Positions 13,001 through 25,050 of a stretch of DNA of 64,000 bases are shown one piece after another (position 1 is the first letter of the stretch; the number at the start of each line of letters is the position of its first letter). The stretch covers positions 16,430,001 to 16,494,000 of the forward strand of contig JBHGNT010000002.1 of assembly GCA_043228905.1 (NCBI GenBank), read 5' to 3'. Source of the stretch: Azolla caroliniana. Its lineage: Eukaryota > Plantae > Polypodiophyta. The notes under the pieces were generated by a model. That model was not told the origin of the DNA. It did not search any database and saw only the letters and a list, made by a program, of their open reading frames with translations. The position numbers and the translations under genes are program-made.

Positions 13001-13882
13001 TTGATTCGGAGGCAGAGAGGCAGAGAGTTATTCAATGTCTGAGAGCTGCGATAAAGAGACGCGTGACAGAAGTAAGTGCCAATGTAATAGCAATAATCGA
13101 GTTTGAAGGGAATATCGAAGGGAATTCTAGTAACCTTTGAAAGATGGAGGTGTGTCTCGGTAAATATGCAAAACTTTAGGGTCATATCAGTGTTTTCCTC
13201 TTCATTTTATTGCTCATTATCTTGTAGGCCCATAGATGGGCCAAAACTCTGATTTACCACTGGGTTTTTCATTGTTTCCCAAATATCCCTAAGTTTTTAC
13301 AAATACCTGGAATGCCCGTTGTCCACCCACAAAGCACAATTATTTGTGCTATTTGAGCAGTCTTTGTATCCCCATTTTCTCTCTCTGGGGATTGATCAAG
13401 GTCGTTAGTTGGAGAAACAAGGAGAGCTTGGGCATTGTGGAAGTAAACAAAAGCTCAGTCTTTAAATTAGGAATTTCCCATAAATATCATCTGGATTGTC
13501 ATCTAAATACTGACCACTATATCTTTTGCAGGGATTGAGACTTGAGTTGTGCACTAATGATAGAGTTGGACTTCTATCGGATGTAACTCGGATTTTCCGA
13601 GAACATGGTTTATCTGTGTCCAGAGCTGACGTGAATACAAGAGCTAACAAAGCAAGTAACGTCTTCTATGTAACCGATGCAGCGGGGAATGATGTAGACC
13701 TTAAGGTTATCGAAGCTGTACGGAGAGAAATCGGCCAAACTGTATTACAAGTGAAAGAACCCATAGATTGTAAATCTCCACCCAGAGAGGCATCTGTAAG
13801 GTCTAGATTCTCTATTGGCAATTTGTTCGGAAGGCCTTCCCAAGTTCTATACAATCTAGGTCTGATTAGATCCTTTTCATAG
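9956..13882 (+). CDS. ACR: ACT domain repeat (ACR) protein, four ACT domains, about 442 aa, 7 exons
   Basis: Exons 9956-10020, 10375-10420, 11166-11280, 11490-11557, 12281-12859, 12967-13071 and 13532-13882 all have GT..AG introns and join in frame. Motifs [82 protein letters not shown] and [21 protein letters not shown] are typical of plant ACRs. The specific ortholog number is not assignable. Confidence 0.95.
10375..10420 (+). CDS. ACR: ACR exon 2 ([15 protein letters not shown])
   Basis: tcag acceptor and gtaaat donor; frame consistent with exons 1 and 3. Confidence 0.9.
10478..11005 (+). repeat. Degenerate intronic minisatellite, about 10 units of 50-60 bp, core tatatacctcaaagat
   Basis: Core recurs near 10479, 10540, 10592, 10651, 10713, 10770, 10826, 10876, 10923 and 10975, separated by pyrimidine-rich tracts. 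Confidence 0.8.
11166..11280 (+). CDS. ACR: ACR exon 3
   Basis: [38 protein letters not shown], with cag acceptor and gtaatt donor. Confidence 0.95.
11490..11557 (+). CDS. ACR: ACR exon 4
   Basis: (V)[22 protein letters not shown], with ttgcag acceptor and gtatca donor. Confidence 0.92.
11850..12300 (+). repeat. Degenerate 60-65 bp tandem array in intron 4 whose last unit spans the exon-5 acceptor
   Basis: A unit like tatataacatcattgtggtattg...cattggcattagtca is repeated about 6-7 times. The last copy is catataacatcgttatggtattgtacAG/agcattggcattagtca. Confidence 0.75.
12281..12859 (+). CDS. ACR: ACR exon 5
   Basis: In frame with ORF 12344..12880; tacag acceptor at 12280, gtatgt donor at 12860. 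Confidence 0.93.
12967..13071 (+). CDS. ACR: ACR exon 6
   Basis: [35 protein letters not shown], with tcag acceptor and gtaagt donor. Confidence 0.95.
13532..13882 (+). CDS. ACR: ACR exon 7 (last ACT domain and stop)
   Basis: [15 protein letters not shown]...NLGLIRSFS*, with ttgcag acceptor. Confidence 0.95.
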   Translation, partial: GLRLELCTNDRVGLLSDVTRIFREHGLSVSRADVNTRANKASNVFYVTDAAGNDVDLKVIEAVRREIGQTVLQVKEPIDCKSPPREASVRSRFSIGNLFGRPSQVLYNLGLIRSFS

Positions 13883-15735
13883 CATTTAGCATTTGTTGGT
13901 GCTTTTGGCACTGCATATCTATCTATAAACCATATATATATATATATAACAATGAATTATCATTCTAGGTGCTTTTTTATTTAGTGGAAAGTTAGATGGG
14001 CTTACCAAAATCAAATGTATTTTTTGGATTGCCCCTCTTTACTTTCATATTGAAATTCTCTCACCCTCTCTCTCCCTCTCTCTGGCACAGTGAAGATGAT
14101 GAATGGCCAACGCCTACTGAGCAAAGATGGATAGCCTTGTACATTTGGCTTGTATTATATACTTTTATTTTAATGAACTTCCAAGTTTTAAACAAGCGTT
14201 GTTGTTTTGAGGTTTTATATGAGCATTAGAAATGTCCTGAGTGTTGCTCCATTCATGCTATTCATTCAGTTTTCCCTTGATTGCTTTGATGGTTCCAGTA
14301 TAATACTCTATGAAGACCTACTACTCCAACCTACTACAATCACCAATTCACGAAGTGTATTAAAGATTGCTGTGATCCGTCTCTTGGTTGCATTTAAAGC
14401 ACCAAGCTAAGAAAGAAGAGAGCAAACTAAATTAATCAAATGTGGGTCTATCAATCTCATAGTAGTCAATGGATATTAATTGATGGTGTTCATTGACAAA
14501 GTTGTTTCTTGTACAATGGAGAGATAATGAATCAGTTTGTCTTGTTAAACTATGTCGTGCAATAGGGTGGTATAATGAGTGAAGCTCATCAAATAATTTT
14601 TTTGCGCATTCATGATGATGATGTAGCAGTTAATCAATAAAAGTTTCAATTGGCATTTTGTGAATAGATTTGTTGAAAATAGGTGCAATCTCTTATCTAA
14701 ATCTAAGCTACATATCAATCAAAGTTCACTTTCTTGAAGTAGCAGTTCATTGGTATTGATATCCTTATCGACATCACGAAAACCACATAAAAGCGGCATA
14801 AGGATGCCATTCACTAAGAATCTTTCCATCTAATCAAGGAGGTTTCCTTTATTCCATATTTTAATTTGTAACATCACAGTGTTGATCATACAATATAATA
14901 AGAACCACAAAAGATTGTCAACATGCAAGTAAGGGAGTAAGAAGTAAGCAGGCCCTTCTTTAGTTAGCTACCCACCATGTATAATCGAAAGAAGACTTGG
15001 GAAAATGTTGTTCACTTGAGATATTGATGATAGTAAATATTCTAGAAGAATTCTATGTTACTGTGATGTCATCAATGCAGCTACCTCATTGATGTCATGT
15101 GATCTACCTCAACAAATAACATGAGGGTACACAAATATGAAAATGAGTGAAATCCAATACATGCATGTGTCTGTCTTTCTTTCACACCCTCTTTATCTTG
15201 ATTCCAATGATTTTAGAATGCAAGTGTGTTAAAACCATTAAGTTGATGATGTTCATGGTGTTTCTTCATCACTATCCTTACATAAACCTTCTATTGCCTT
15301 TAGAGTATTTCAATTCCACCATTCTCATAATCATGAAGAGGTCTCCAATAGCTATTGACTACAAGTATGCAAGGCCATTAAATTGATACTATTCATGGGT
15401 GCTAATGTGAAAAACACTAAGGATCCATTTATATTATTGTCACACCCATCAAGTATTGGAAGTTTGGGGCATAACAGTAAGGGTGTGAAATTGTAAGGTT
15501 GTAAAGTCTTCAAAAGTCGTGAGGTTGTAAGCGACTACATGCATTGTACGTATGTAAATCAAAGCATATAAAATGGAACTCCCCCAAGTTAATCTAAAGC
15601 ATATCGACACTACTCTCGGAATATATAATCATTTGCTTGCCCCTTTTTTCATTCTCTTATCTAGTTCTTGTGGTCATCTAGTGGTGCAACTATAGTGATT
15701 GTTGATAACAATAATGTAATGAATGATTTATGAAG

Positions 15736-15989
15736 TAGAGGTGTGGTTAAATATGATGATGGTGTATTAAATATATTTGAGGAGTTTGGTTTTGAAAATA
15801 ATCTTAAAGATCAGGATGATGACCAAGATCAGTGAACTTTCATCACAAGTGTGCAATTTTAGAGGTGTGGTTAAATATGATGATGGTGTATTAAATATAT
15901 TTGAGGAGTTTGGTTTTGAAAATAATCTTAAAGATCAGGATGATGACCAAGATCAGTGAACTTTCATCACAAGTGTGCAATTTTAGAGG
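15736..15989. repeat. Apparently perfect 124-bp tandem duplication bounded by TAGAGG microhomology
   Basis: Copies start at 15736 and 15860, with a third TAGAGG at 15984. Confidence 0.92.
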
Positions 15990-17256
15990 GGCTGGGTGTT
16001 GTGAAGCAATTGCTTCAAGATATGACAACAAATTTAAATAGTATGTCAAGTGTCATTTCTAAGGCTCAAACGCATGGAATTATGTCTTATACAGTATTGT
16101 ACACATGGTGACTCAGATGAGCCAACAATATGGTTGTCATGCATCACATGTAGCACATGTGTGCCAAGTGGCAATTACACATTACATGCAATACATGCGT
16201 CACATGCACTCACAGATTACATTCATCCTTACTCAAATACCTATTTAAGGAGAATGAATGGAAGCATGTAGACATCAAGAAAAATACATTTATTAATAAT
16301 TAAGAGATCAAGCTAGCTTCTTGGGAAGGTTTCTAATCTTTCAAGATAGAAGTCAATGGTTAGAGCCGAAGTATGGTGAAAATAATGTGTCATCATTACA
16401 ATGGAATGTTGTAATTTTGGTAATTAAAATCTTGTATTCCTAATTTAATATAGCATATCTTCATATATATTGTTTGCTTCTTGAATCCTACACTATCTCC
16501 TTCTCTTTTTGTGTTCCAATGCAATAGTCGCAAGCAACGATAATTGCAGTTGAGTAGCTAGTGCGCCAAGATGAGCGTGTTGTTGCTGCTCAATGCGTTG
16601 GTGCAAGGCAACAAGTTTTTCATGATCACTGTTGATGCTAGCATAAAAAGATAAAAAATAAATAAATTAGAAACAGAAAAACAAAAACGAAAACAAAAAA
16701 TTGACCACCACATCAACATCCGACATGGCTCTATATTTAGCTGTGGGGTTGTTTTGCATTTTTTTCTACCCGAGTTGGCGTGCTTTTTCCCCTAATATGG
16801 GATGTTTTTTCCCCCACTCAATTATTGAATGTGCATTTATTTATTGATATATATGTACTTTTCTCGAATGTTTTATTGTTGACTTATATGATGTGTGTGT
16901 GTGTGTGTATGTATGTACCAATGTATGGATATACATCTATATTCTCAACAATAAAATAAAATAAAATATCAACACACAAAACTACACCGTTTTGGGGGTG
17001 GTTATTTTTATGATCAGATTGGATATAAATAATTATATCTACATTGCGATAATGCTTTTCGCACTATGTTTATTCATCTTCGAATTCGATTGTTCGGATG
17101 ATGAGTTTCATGTGCAGTCAATCTACTCAGTAAAAGAAAAGAAAAATATAATTTACATCGAGATTTCCTAAACGTAAACACTTTTCTTGCATTTTTTTGG
17201 TGCAATTTGGGCTCTTGGAGTTGGATGGAAAGAGCTAAAACCACCCACGTGGGCAT

Positions 17257-17268
17257 TGTTTCCATTTC

Positions 17269-17322
<54 letters not shown>

Positions 17323-17930
17323 CCAAGAACAATCGACTGTATACAAAAAGGGTTGACAATTACAACTTACTCTAAGAGCACTTTTATACAAAGCCCGTTA
17401 TTTCTCTCATAAAAAGAGAGGGCTAACAAGAGTACAATTAGCTCATGAATGAACACTGAATTCTAGTCTAACTAGAATCTACCTAGGTCAACAGTAAAGA
17501 TAGTCGAGCTTGATATATCAACACACCCCCTCAAGCTCAAGTTGATGTTAGCTTTTGGCCCTTCCGACCTTCATCAGGTTACAACCTTTCGTCCCTATTC
17601 GGCTCTTAGCCGTTTTGGCCTTCTTCCGCTTCGAAAAGGCACCATATATGTATAGGAGTCCATGATCAAGAGTGCTGGTGACATATCACAAGATCCGATG
17701 TACGCACTACACGTGTTCGGTTGTTGGCTTCTACATGAACTGACTGATCAAGTCGACAGGATATCTGAGATACGGTCGAGTGATCATTAGAAAAATCAGC
17801 CTTTCGACAATTTGCGAGAAGTGCATTTCATCACATGCCGTTCTCGAATCATGGTGAATCTTCTGATTACGGTTGATGGGAGTTGAAATGGGTTGGCATT
17901 CCGTCATGCCGAACTTGAACAACATATCAA
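17257..17930 (-). mobile_element. Ty1/copia remnant: 3' LTR (about 17257..17524), PPT and RT fragment
   Basis: Minus strand shows a gagggggtg PPT then a TG..CA LTR resembling other copia LTRs here. RT fragment MLFKFGMTECQPISTP...ITRP..YPVDLISQFM at 17731-17930. Confidence 0.7.
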
Positions 17931-18299
17931 CACATAGTGATGTTGAGTCAGTGAAAAGAGTTATGTATGCAGAAACTAACAACAGAAGACACAACCGGCT
18001 CAACTGGACACATGTAGACAGTTAGGTATTCACAGAAGATGGAGGATACACAGTATGTGTGTGTCCGTGAGAAAGAGAGAGAGAGAGTACTAATGTGGCA
18101 ATTTTCTTTATTGGATCAAGTGAAAATTCTTTCCTCGGTGGAGTGTTCGTCTTGCCTATTGGCAATTCAACATGTTCCACTACCTGTGTAGTGTAGTTGA
18201 TAGGTGACCATACTCCATTGTCACACCTATTGTAAGTAGTGTTTTTTACACACATTTATTAATATAATTGACATGTGTTTTCACCAATTGTCTATAGTA

Positions 18300-19410
18300 T
18301 GCTATTTACTAAAATAGGAATGTAGAACTCTAATGGCATGTCGACTTCCAGCCAATCTGGTCATCGGCTTCTTCCTCCGATCCTCCTCAACTAACTCGGC
18401 TATCGGCTTCTTCCACCGATCCAGCCTACCGGCCTTTAGCTGATCCGGCTCATGTTGAGCTTGTCTCTCAACACTCCCCCTCAAGCTCAACTTGAGGTCC
18501 CTTGTCATCTCCAATTGGTCCACCGCTCCAACTTCTCCTGGCTTCACACCTCCTTGCTTGCGCTTCACGATCTGTCCGATCGGCTTGTCTGCTCCTATGG
18601 GATCTCGATGAACTTCTCCTTGCCCTTACGGAATTGGAGCCCCGTGACCCGTCGGTTCCTCCATATCAGCGTTGGCTTCAACTACATCCTTATCCGTTTG
18701 GCCTTCATATGATTCGGGTCGTTCAAATCATGCCTCTCGTTCGGATCGACCGTCTCCGATCTGTCTTCAATTAGACCTTTGACTATATAACCCCAAATCT
18801 TCTCAGCTTTCTCCGTCTTTTCGGTTCTGCTCCTATGTTCGGCTTGCTCTGACTTCGGCTCGTTTTCTTCGCCACTCCCCTTGTCGGCTGGTCTTCCCTT
18901 AGCAGCTCTTTCAGTTGTCTCCTCCTCGACTCTCCCCCTCAAGTTTGGCATATCGAGGTGTTGTAAGCAAAGAATGCCCCAGAATTGTCACAACTTCTCG
19001 AGTCCAAGGGGCTTGGTGAAGATGTCGGCCACTTGTCGATTAGTTAGAACATATAGCAGTTCCACTTCACCAGAGAGAACAACTCGCGCACAAAGTGGTA
19101 ATGCACTTTGATGTGCTTCGTCCGAGTGTGGAAGATGGGATTCTTAGTGGGATGGATGCTGCTAAGGTTGTCGCAATAGATCACTATCGGATCAAACACC
19201 TCCACCTACAGATTCTTCAGTAGCCGATTGAGCCAAATGGCTTCGCACGTTACGCAACCGCTCCTTTGTATTCAACCTCAGTGCTCGACAATGCCACTGT
19301 CGGCTGCTTCTTGCTGCACCAGGCGATCACCGAACACATGTCATGATGTTGGTCAACGATCACCTGACATGCTTTCAACCCAATCTGCGTATGTGTAGCC
19401 GACTAGTTGT
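18300..19410 (-). mobile_element. Ty1/copia remnant: RNase H, 3' UTR, PPT and start of the 3' LTR
   Basis: GYT.ADW, SKKQPTVALSS and TKHIKVHYHF-like motifs on minus; PPT ttgagggggag followed by tgttgag at about 18472; homologous to 45500-46500. Confidence 0.75.
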
Positions 19411-20445
19411 TGTTGAAGATAATAAGCGGAAGAATATGTGAGGACCTGCAAAGTGATGCCAAGCAAACAACATGTACAAGACAGAGAACTAGAATGTGCA
19501 CAATATGCAAGAAAGTAAGAAGCAAGAGAACTCAGTTGAAGCTCTAATGGAAACTTGTTGTTATTCTCTTCTGTAACTCTCTCTGTATAATTTTAGAACC
19601 TTCGAGTTGGGCTTTTATACTCAAGCCCTAACTAGGAACGAGTTCACACTAAGGATATAAAAGATGGGTGCAGTAGGCCTTTTATGCCAACAAACTCTCT
19701 TGTAAAAGGGCTACTCTATGTATGTATACATTCTATTTGGGTTATCTCCCCTGTGACCCTAGATTACAAGTCTAATCTATAGTTACAAATGTATACATAC
19801 AAGTCTATTGGCATTCAACCGAATTAGCAGAGGTATAGTCTGAATCTAGCCTAATTCGGCTAGTCATTCGGATCGTATGTTATCCGGGTTGGTCGGATTG
19901 GTTGGTTCTTTCGGATTGGCTCATGTTCAATTCTGAATCTCGGCTTCTAGTTGATCGTTTGCCCCTCATATGCGTTTGCTCTTGTGCTCCTTGTTGGATC
20001 CTGTATCTGTCTTCGGGTTCGTTCGCCCCTCAATTGTCTCCTCTCCAGACAATATTCTCTCTTAGTGCTACATCTTCAGCCTCTTGGCATTCTGATTGGT
20101 TCATTTGTTCGGGCCAATCTTCGATTTTCCTTTTGCTATTGTTCGTTGGGCTTCTTTTTGCTCGGTTGCTTGTCGTAGTCCCATCATGTTCCTCAGTGTT
20201 GTGAATCGTTGATCTGAGAGTGGCTTCGTTAGGCAATCAGAGATGTTCACCTCGGTGTCACTCTTCCGGACTTCGAGCTTCTTCTCCATTACGAGCTCCA
20301 TGATATGATGAAACCGTACCTCAATATGTTTCATCTTCACATGATAGACTGGGTTTCGAATGAGGTGTATTGTGCTCCGTCGCAATAGATGGTCGTGTTG
20401 GCATAAAAGACCGACTCCTTCCACCTTGTATCTTAGTGTGAACAC
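19411..20445 (-). mobile_element. Second copia family remnant (RNase H end plus LTR)
   Basis: ORF 20101..20445 contains NPVYH..MKHIEVRFHHI...DCLTKPL. An LTR-like region ends ...cttcaaca at 19411. Confidence 0.7.
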
Positions 20446-20988
20446 ATCTAAATAGTTAGGGCTTAGTATATAAGCTCTAACCTAACACTAACAATAATCA
20501 TCCAATCTTGTATCTAGAGTATCTGAGAGTGTAAGACTAATAGAATAATGAGAGCTTCCATTAGAGCTTGAACTGTGTCTACATTTCCATCATTATCTTC
20601 TATCATACTCTTTGTGTTGTTTGCTGTGCACATAACCTACAGGTCCCCACATACTTCCGTGTACATATCGGACTCCGTATCCTTCAACTGGTATCAGCGC
20701 GGCTTACTGTTCAGCGGCAACAAAACAATAGAGAAAGCTGAAAGAAAAGACAAGGTTAGTAAAAATCTCATTCTCAAAGAGAACATGGCTTCAACATTTG
20801 GTACAGGAGTTGAAATCCGCAAGTTTGATGGAAAAACTTTGCCTTGTGGAAGGAGATGATGCAGGATGTGTTGATCATTAGAAGACAGGTTGAAGCCATT
20901 TGACACAGTGAAAAACCTGCTTCAATGACAACCGAAGAGTGGAGATCCATAGACAAAATCATGCTCCACCATCCGAATGCATCTGGAA
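20446..20988 (+). mobile_element. Copia partial 5' LTR, PBS (iMet) and gag start
   Basis: tggtatcagcgc at 20689-20700, then MASTFGTGVEIRKFDGK...W; cut at 20988 by a TIR element. Confidence 0.75.
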
Positions 20989-21851
20989 CACGTTCGCCTT
21001 CAGAAGTGGAAGGATCGCGCATTCCACTTTTAGATTCCCTTTGTAGTCACACAATTTTAGCCTGTTGTGAAATCGAACGTGCACCAGTATCACATGATCA
21101 ACCAAAGATGGTGAATTTATTGATTTATTAATCCGATGCATCTCTATACCTAGAGAACATGCTATTTATTGGAGAAAATATAAATGTATGAGATTTATTT
21201 TTGCAATGTTTACAAATTTAGGGTTGGGGTTTACCGCGCATTCATTTGATACAAATTAATTATTTGAGGAAAGCATTAACAAACAAGGATTCCATTTTCG
21301 TGAGATGTAAAGTGCAGAGGTTTACAATGGTTAAACTTTCCAAGAGAGGTGTATATGCTATTTGAGAAATTGATATTTACATATTATTGAATACAATACA
21401 TCGTAATTAATCCTTAGTAAAGATAATTAGGATATAATACCAAATGTATATGTTCATGGCAACACATGAAAACTAGAAGTCGAAAGCGTACTCGTAACTA
21501 TTAGTTTACATGACATTAGACATAAAAGAATATACCCAAATCATATATGGCAATTATTAAGGCATAGGCAGTGCTAAATTTTTGGGTGCCAAAATAGAGA
21601 CAACACTCCCGTAGTAACGTTGAAGCATGTATTAAAATTTTCATTTGATTGTCTACACATAAACACTAAATCAAGAAGTTAAACACATATATACAAATGG
21701 AGTACTAATAATCTATATAGAACACACATTGATAGCCCTCCATACATCTAGTCCAAACAACCATCAACCATAGAAACATGATTGTTGTTGTATAATCCCC
21801 TCCAATAAAGCAAATACTCCCCAATATCTATAAACGCCTCCTTCAGTCCCA

Positions 21852-22709
21852 CTATAAGTTTTGGATGTGCAACTTATGTGGTTCTTTAATCTCCAAAGGA
21901 TGACGTCCTGTATTCTCGTCCAGAGGGGGGCGATGAATATGGGTTATCGGAAGGTTAATAACTTGCCCCTTCCGCACAAGCTTTCTATGGATGATGTCCC
22001 TTCTTATTTTATTTTGTTCCGATGACAACACACCAGACGCAAGCTCTGCTCCTGGTGTAGATCGAGCCTCATCATCTTCTATTGAACTCGATGACTCAGA
22101 ATTTGACATTCTTGTCACCTTCTTTTTTTGAGGCCCGGATTGCACAATAGATTTATTTATTGGTGCTTTAACAGGCGATAAAGAGGCTGCCTTCAGGCCT
22201 TGAATATATGGCCTCAATGTTGTTATCAGGTTGGTACTTGTCTCAATAGCATTCCGGAAGGATTCTGGCCCGCATGAATCCTTCAACAAGTAGTCTTCGG
22301 AGACGATCATCTTACGGACTCCTTTTGTACAGTTGACTAACACAATCAAATTAGTTGAGTCCGCATCTTCATAGTCAAGCCGCAAAATTTTGCCATAGCT
22401 AAATGGCTGATCTTGGGCAAGCATCCCACGTCTAGCCAGTCTGGAAACTAAGAGTACTACCTTCTTTTTTGAGTCGACATATTGCAATGCCCACTCGTGT
22501 CCAGTTAAGTCTTTGTCCAGTTGGTCTTCACCTCCTCTAGCCGTGACAAATGTCTTCTGACTAACTTCGTCAGACGGCTGCCTCATGACTTCATCCTCAA
22601 ACACGAGTTTCTTTCCCTTTTGCGGATACATGACAACAAGGATCTTTGTTGTCTCTGGAGGAGAGCTTTGATACTTAATCCAAATTCTTTTGGGTGGCAT
22701 CTCCTCCAT
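21852..22709 (-). CDS. Transposon-borne orphan protein (285-aa ORF, probably the truncated first coding exon of a longer gene)
   Basis: Long open frame with protein-like composition in AT-rich surroundings. An upstream acceptor (tttcatgtag) lies just before the ATG. The frame reads on in a protein-like way past the TAG (WGLKEAFIDIGEYLLYWRG). Confidence 0.6.
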   Translation of the reverse strand: MEEMPPKRIWIKYQSSPPETTKILVVMYPQKGKKLVFEDEVMRQPSDEVSQKTFVTARGGEDQLDKDLTGHEWALQYVDSKKKVVLLVSRLARRGMLAQDQPFSYGKILRLDYEDADSTNLIVLVNCTKGVRKMIVSEDYLLKDSCGPESFRNAIETSTNLITTLRPYIQGLKAASLSPVKAPINKSIVQSGPQKKKVTRMSNSESSSSIEDDEARSTPGAELASGVLSSEQNKIRRDIIHRKLVRKGQVINLPITHIHRPPLDENTGRHPLEIKEPHKLHIQNL

Positions 22710-23419
22710 AGGATCAGTCGATCTACATGAAATAATAGAACAGTGAACCTAAACCTACATTCTCTCAAATGATAATGTATTCTAAGATGGTAAGGTTTGG
22801 AAAATGAGAATTCAAAAAATAGTTTGGCCTCATTAAGCTCTTGCCTAACAACTTGTGTAAGGGACCTACTTAAAGGGTGTAGTAATAAGGTCAATAACCT
22901 AGTAAGAGGCACTGGAAAGGGAGTTCAGATAACAGAATAGTGAAACCTAAACCTATATCCTCGTAACTGGCAATGGTAGTAAGGTAGTAAGGTGGTATGG
23001 TAATGTTTTGGCCTCACTTCAGTCTTACAGTATGCACATTCCTAGTAAATGAAGGTGGTATGGTGTGCCAAATTAGCAATCCAGTAATGTTTTGGCCTCA
23101 TTTCAGTGTTACAATAAGCACATTCCTAGTAAGTGGTGTAAAGGACTTGTAGGATGGGTGAAAAAGGGTTGGAAACCAAGGAACTTGATTACAGGGCAAG
23201 ATAAATATATATCTAACGTCTCCGAGTTCTCTAAACCCTCAAATTACTAGAATTTTGACATCCCTATCAGTGTCCAGATCTTAGATTGTAGGTCAAATTC
23301 TACTGTATTTTGACCTTAATTTAGAATTTCTAAACATGTTTTTACTTCTTATTTTTAGCCTAATGTTTTCTTTTGTGTTTCTAATGGTGTAATGTACATT
23401 AATAGTGTGGTCTAACTAC

Positions 23420-24070
23420 CCAGTGGCTCTTTGACCCTCAACTTGATACAACATATCGAGTTGAGGTTGCGTATAGAGATAACGATAGAGAAGGAGCTAA
23501 ATAAGAAATTAGATGCCCAAGCATTAGAGCAAAAAAGAGCTAGCACCTGCTGATGATAGCAGAAACGAGGTGGCAAGGAAACTTGCAAGAATTGAAGGTG
23601 GGTATGTTAATTGGTACACCTGCTGATGATAATGAGCTGGGACATCAATTTTAGATTGGTAAGGTTTTAAATGTGGTGATGCATGAGAACCAAAGCCAAA
23701 TCCAGTCTATAAAGGTGCATTGGTACAACACTAGATGCAAAAATGCCTTATTGGCAAGTATGCATTAGAGATGATGGAATGTCCACGGTCAAGGGGGAAT
23801 AGAAAGAGGAAAAGAAATATTCGTAGCACTTCATGCCTAGACATTGGTGACGTAGATATTATTGTTTACGATTTCACACTAACAAAAGCTGGACGTCTCA
23901 GGAAGTCTACAATAGATATCATCAAGGAGAAATTACCTATTCTACAAGGGGTCTCAAGTTGAAGGCAAACAAGATCGTCAACACATAACATGGAATGTCA
24001 ACATCTAGTTTTAGATGAAGACAATGTCTTAATAGGTACATTTGAAGATGACGAGGAACAATCCGCATTG
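23420..24070 (+). pseudogene. Decayed C-terminal fragment of a probable DNA transposase or associated protein
   Basis: ELKVGMLIGTPADDNELGHQF*IGKV...IKVHWYN...DFTLTKAGRLRKSTIDII with stops and frameshifts. A homologous fragment at 33930-34050 lies inside the second copy. Transposase identity is inference. Confidence 0.5.
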
Positions 24071-24797
24071 TATATTAGTTATAGTAGTGACTCTGGATCA
24101 TGATACGGGTGATTTTTGTAAATGTTACACTCGTCAATGTAATTTTGGTATCTATTGTAAGAGAGTGCTGTTTGTAATACTCGAAAGATGTAAAAGTTAT
24201 GTTTAGAAATATTATTGCTTTGTATAAACATTGTTTGTTATAAAATACATTACTTCTTGACTTCTCAGTGATAGTGAACATTGTACCATTTGGATTATAG
24301 CTTAATTTTAGCGTTTTTTCAAGTTTAGGAAATGATGAAAATTTGAGGTTTTCCAACGGTATTTTGAGAACATGTGATACTGGTATCATTATGTTTTGTG
24401 AATAGAGTACCTAAACCAACACGTTCGCGTTCACAAGTGGAAGGATTGCGCATTCCACTTGTAGAATCTTCTTGAAAATATCCAAATATACCCTCCTGAC
24501 AAAAATTGGATGCACTAATATCATATGTTCCACAACTTGGTTAGAATTTGCAAATATAAAAATACATGATAGGTCTACGAGTGGAGATCATTAGAAATTC
24601 AAATAAGTTTGGATGTGTTGATAAGTTAATGTAGGCATAATAAAGTTCAACAATGGCTCAATATGTCACTAATGTGCGACATGGGAAACACTAAGTTAAA
24701 GACTTATATTAATTTGGTAAGTTTTACAAAAATATGAGGTGTACTTGTAACCATACTAATAAAATGAGTTATAATTTATACTTTGACCCATACTCGC

Positions 24798-25050
24798 ATG
24801 TATATAATTGTGGACAATGTAGGATAGTGCACTTTAGGATAATGTGATTGGAATAACTAACTTATTAAGATATTTAATACTTGTATTTAAAGTTGATCTA
24901 ATCTATTCCTCAGTTTGTTCATATGGGATCAAACCATATGTATATAATTGTGGACAATGTAAGACAGTGAACTTTAGGATAATGTGGTGGAAATAACAAA
25001 CCTATTAAGGCTTTCATACTTGTATTTAAAATTTATCTAATCTATTCCTT
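24798..25050. repeat. Degenerate tandem duplication, period about 140 bp
   Basis: tgtatataattgtggacaatgta...ttgtatttaaa...tctaatctattcct occurs twice. Confidence 0.8.

Larger units (their letters stand above)
20989..24419. mobile_element. TIR DNA transposon copy 1 (CACG-terminal), right TIR missing
   Basis: Left end cacgttcgccttcagaagtggaaggatcgcgcattccactt matches the end at 24420. Region 24300-24419 is homologous to the right subterminal region 37195-37315. It contains an orphan ORF and a decayed + strand coding fragment. Confidence 0.7.
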
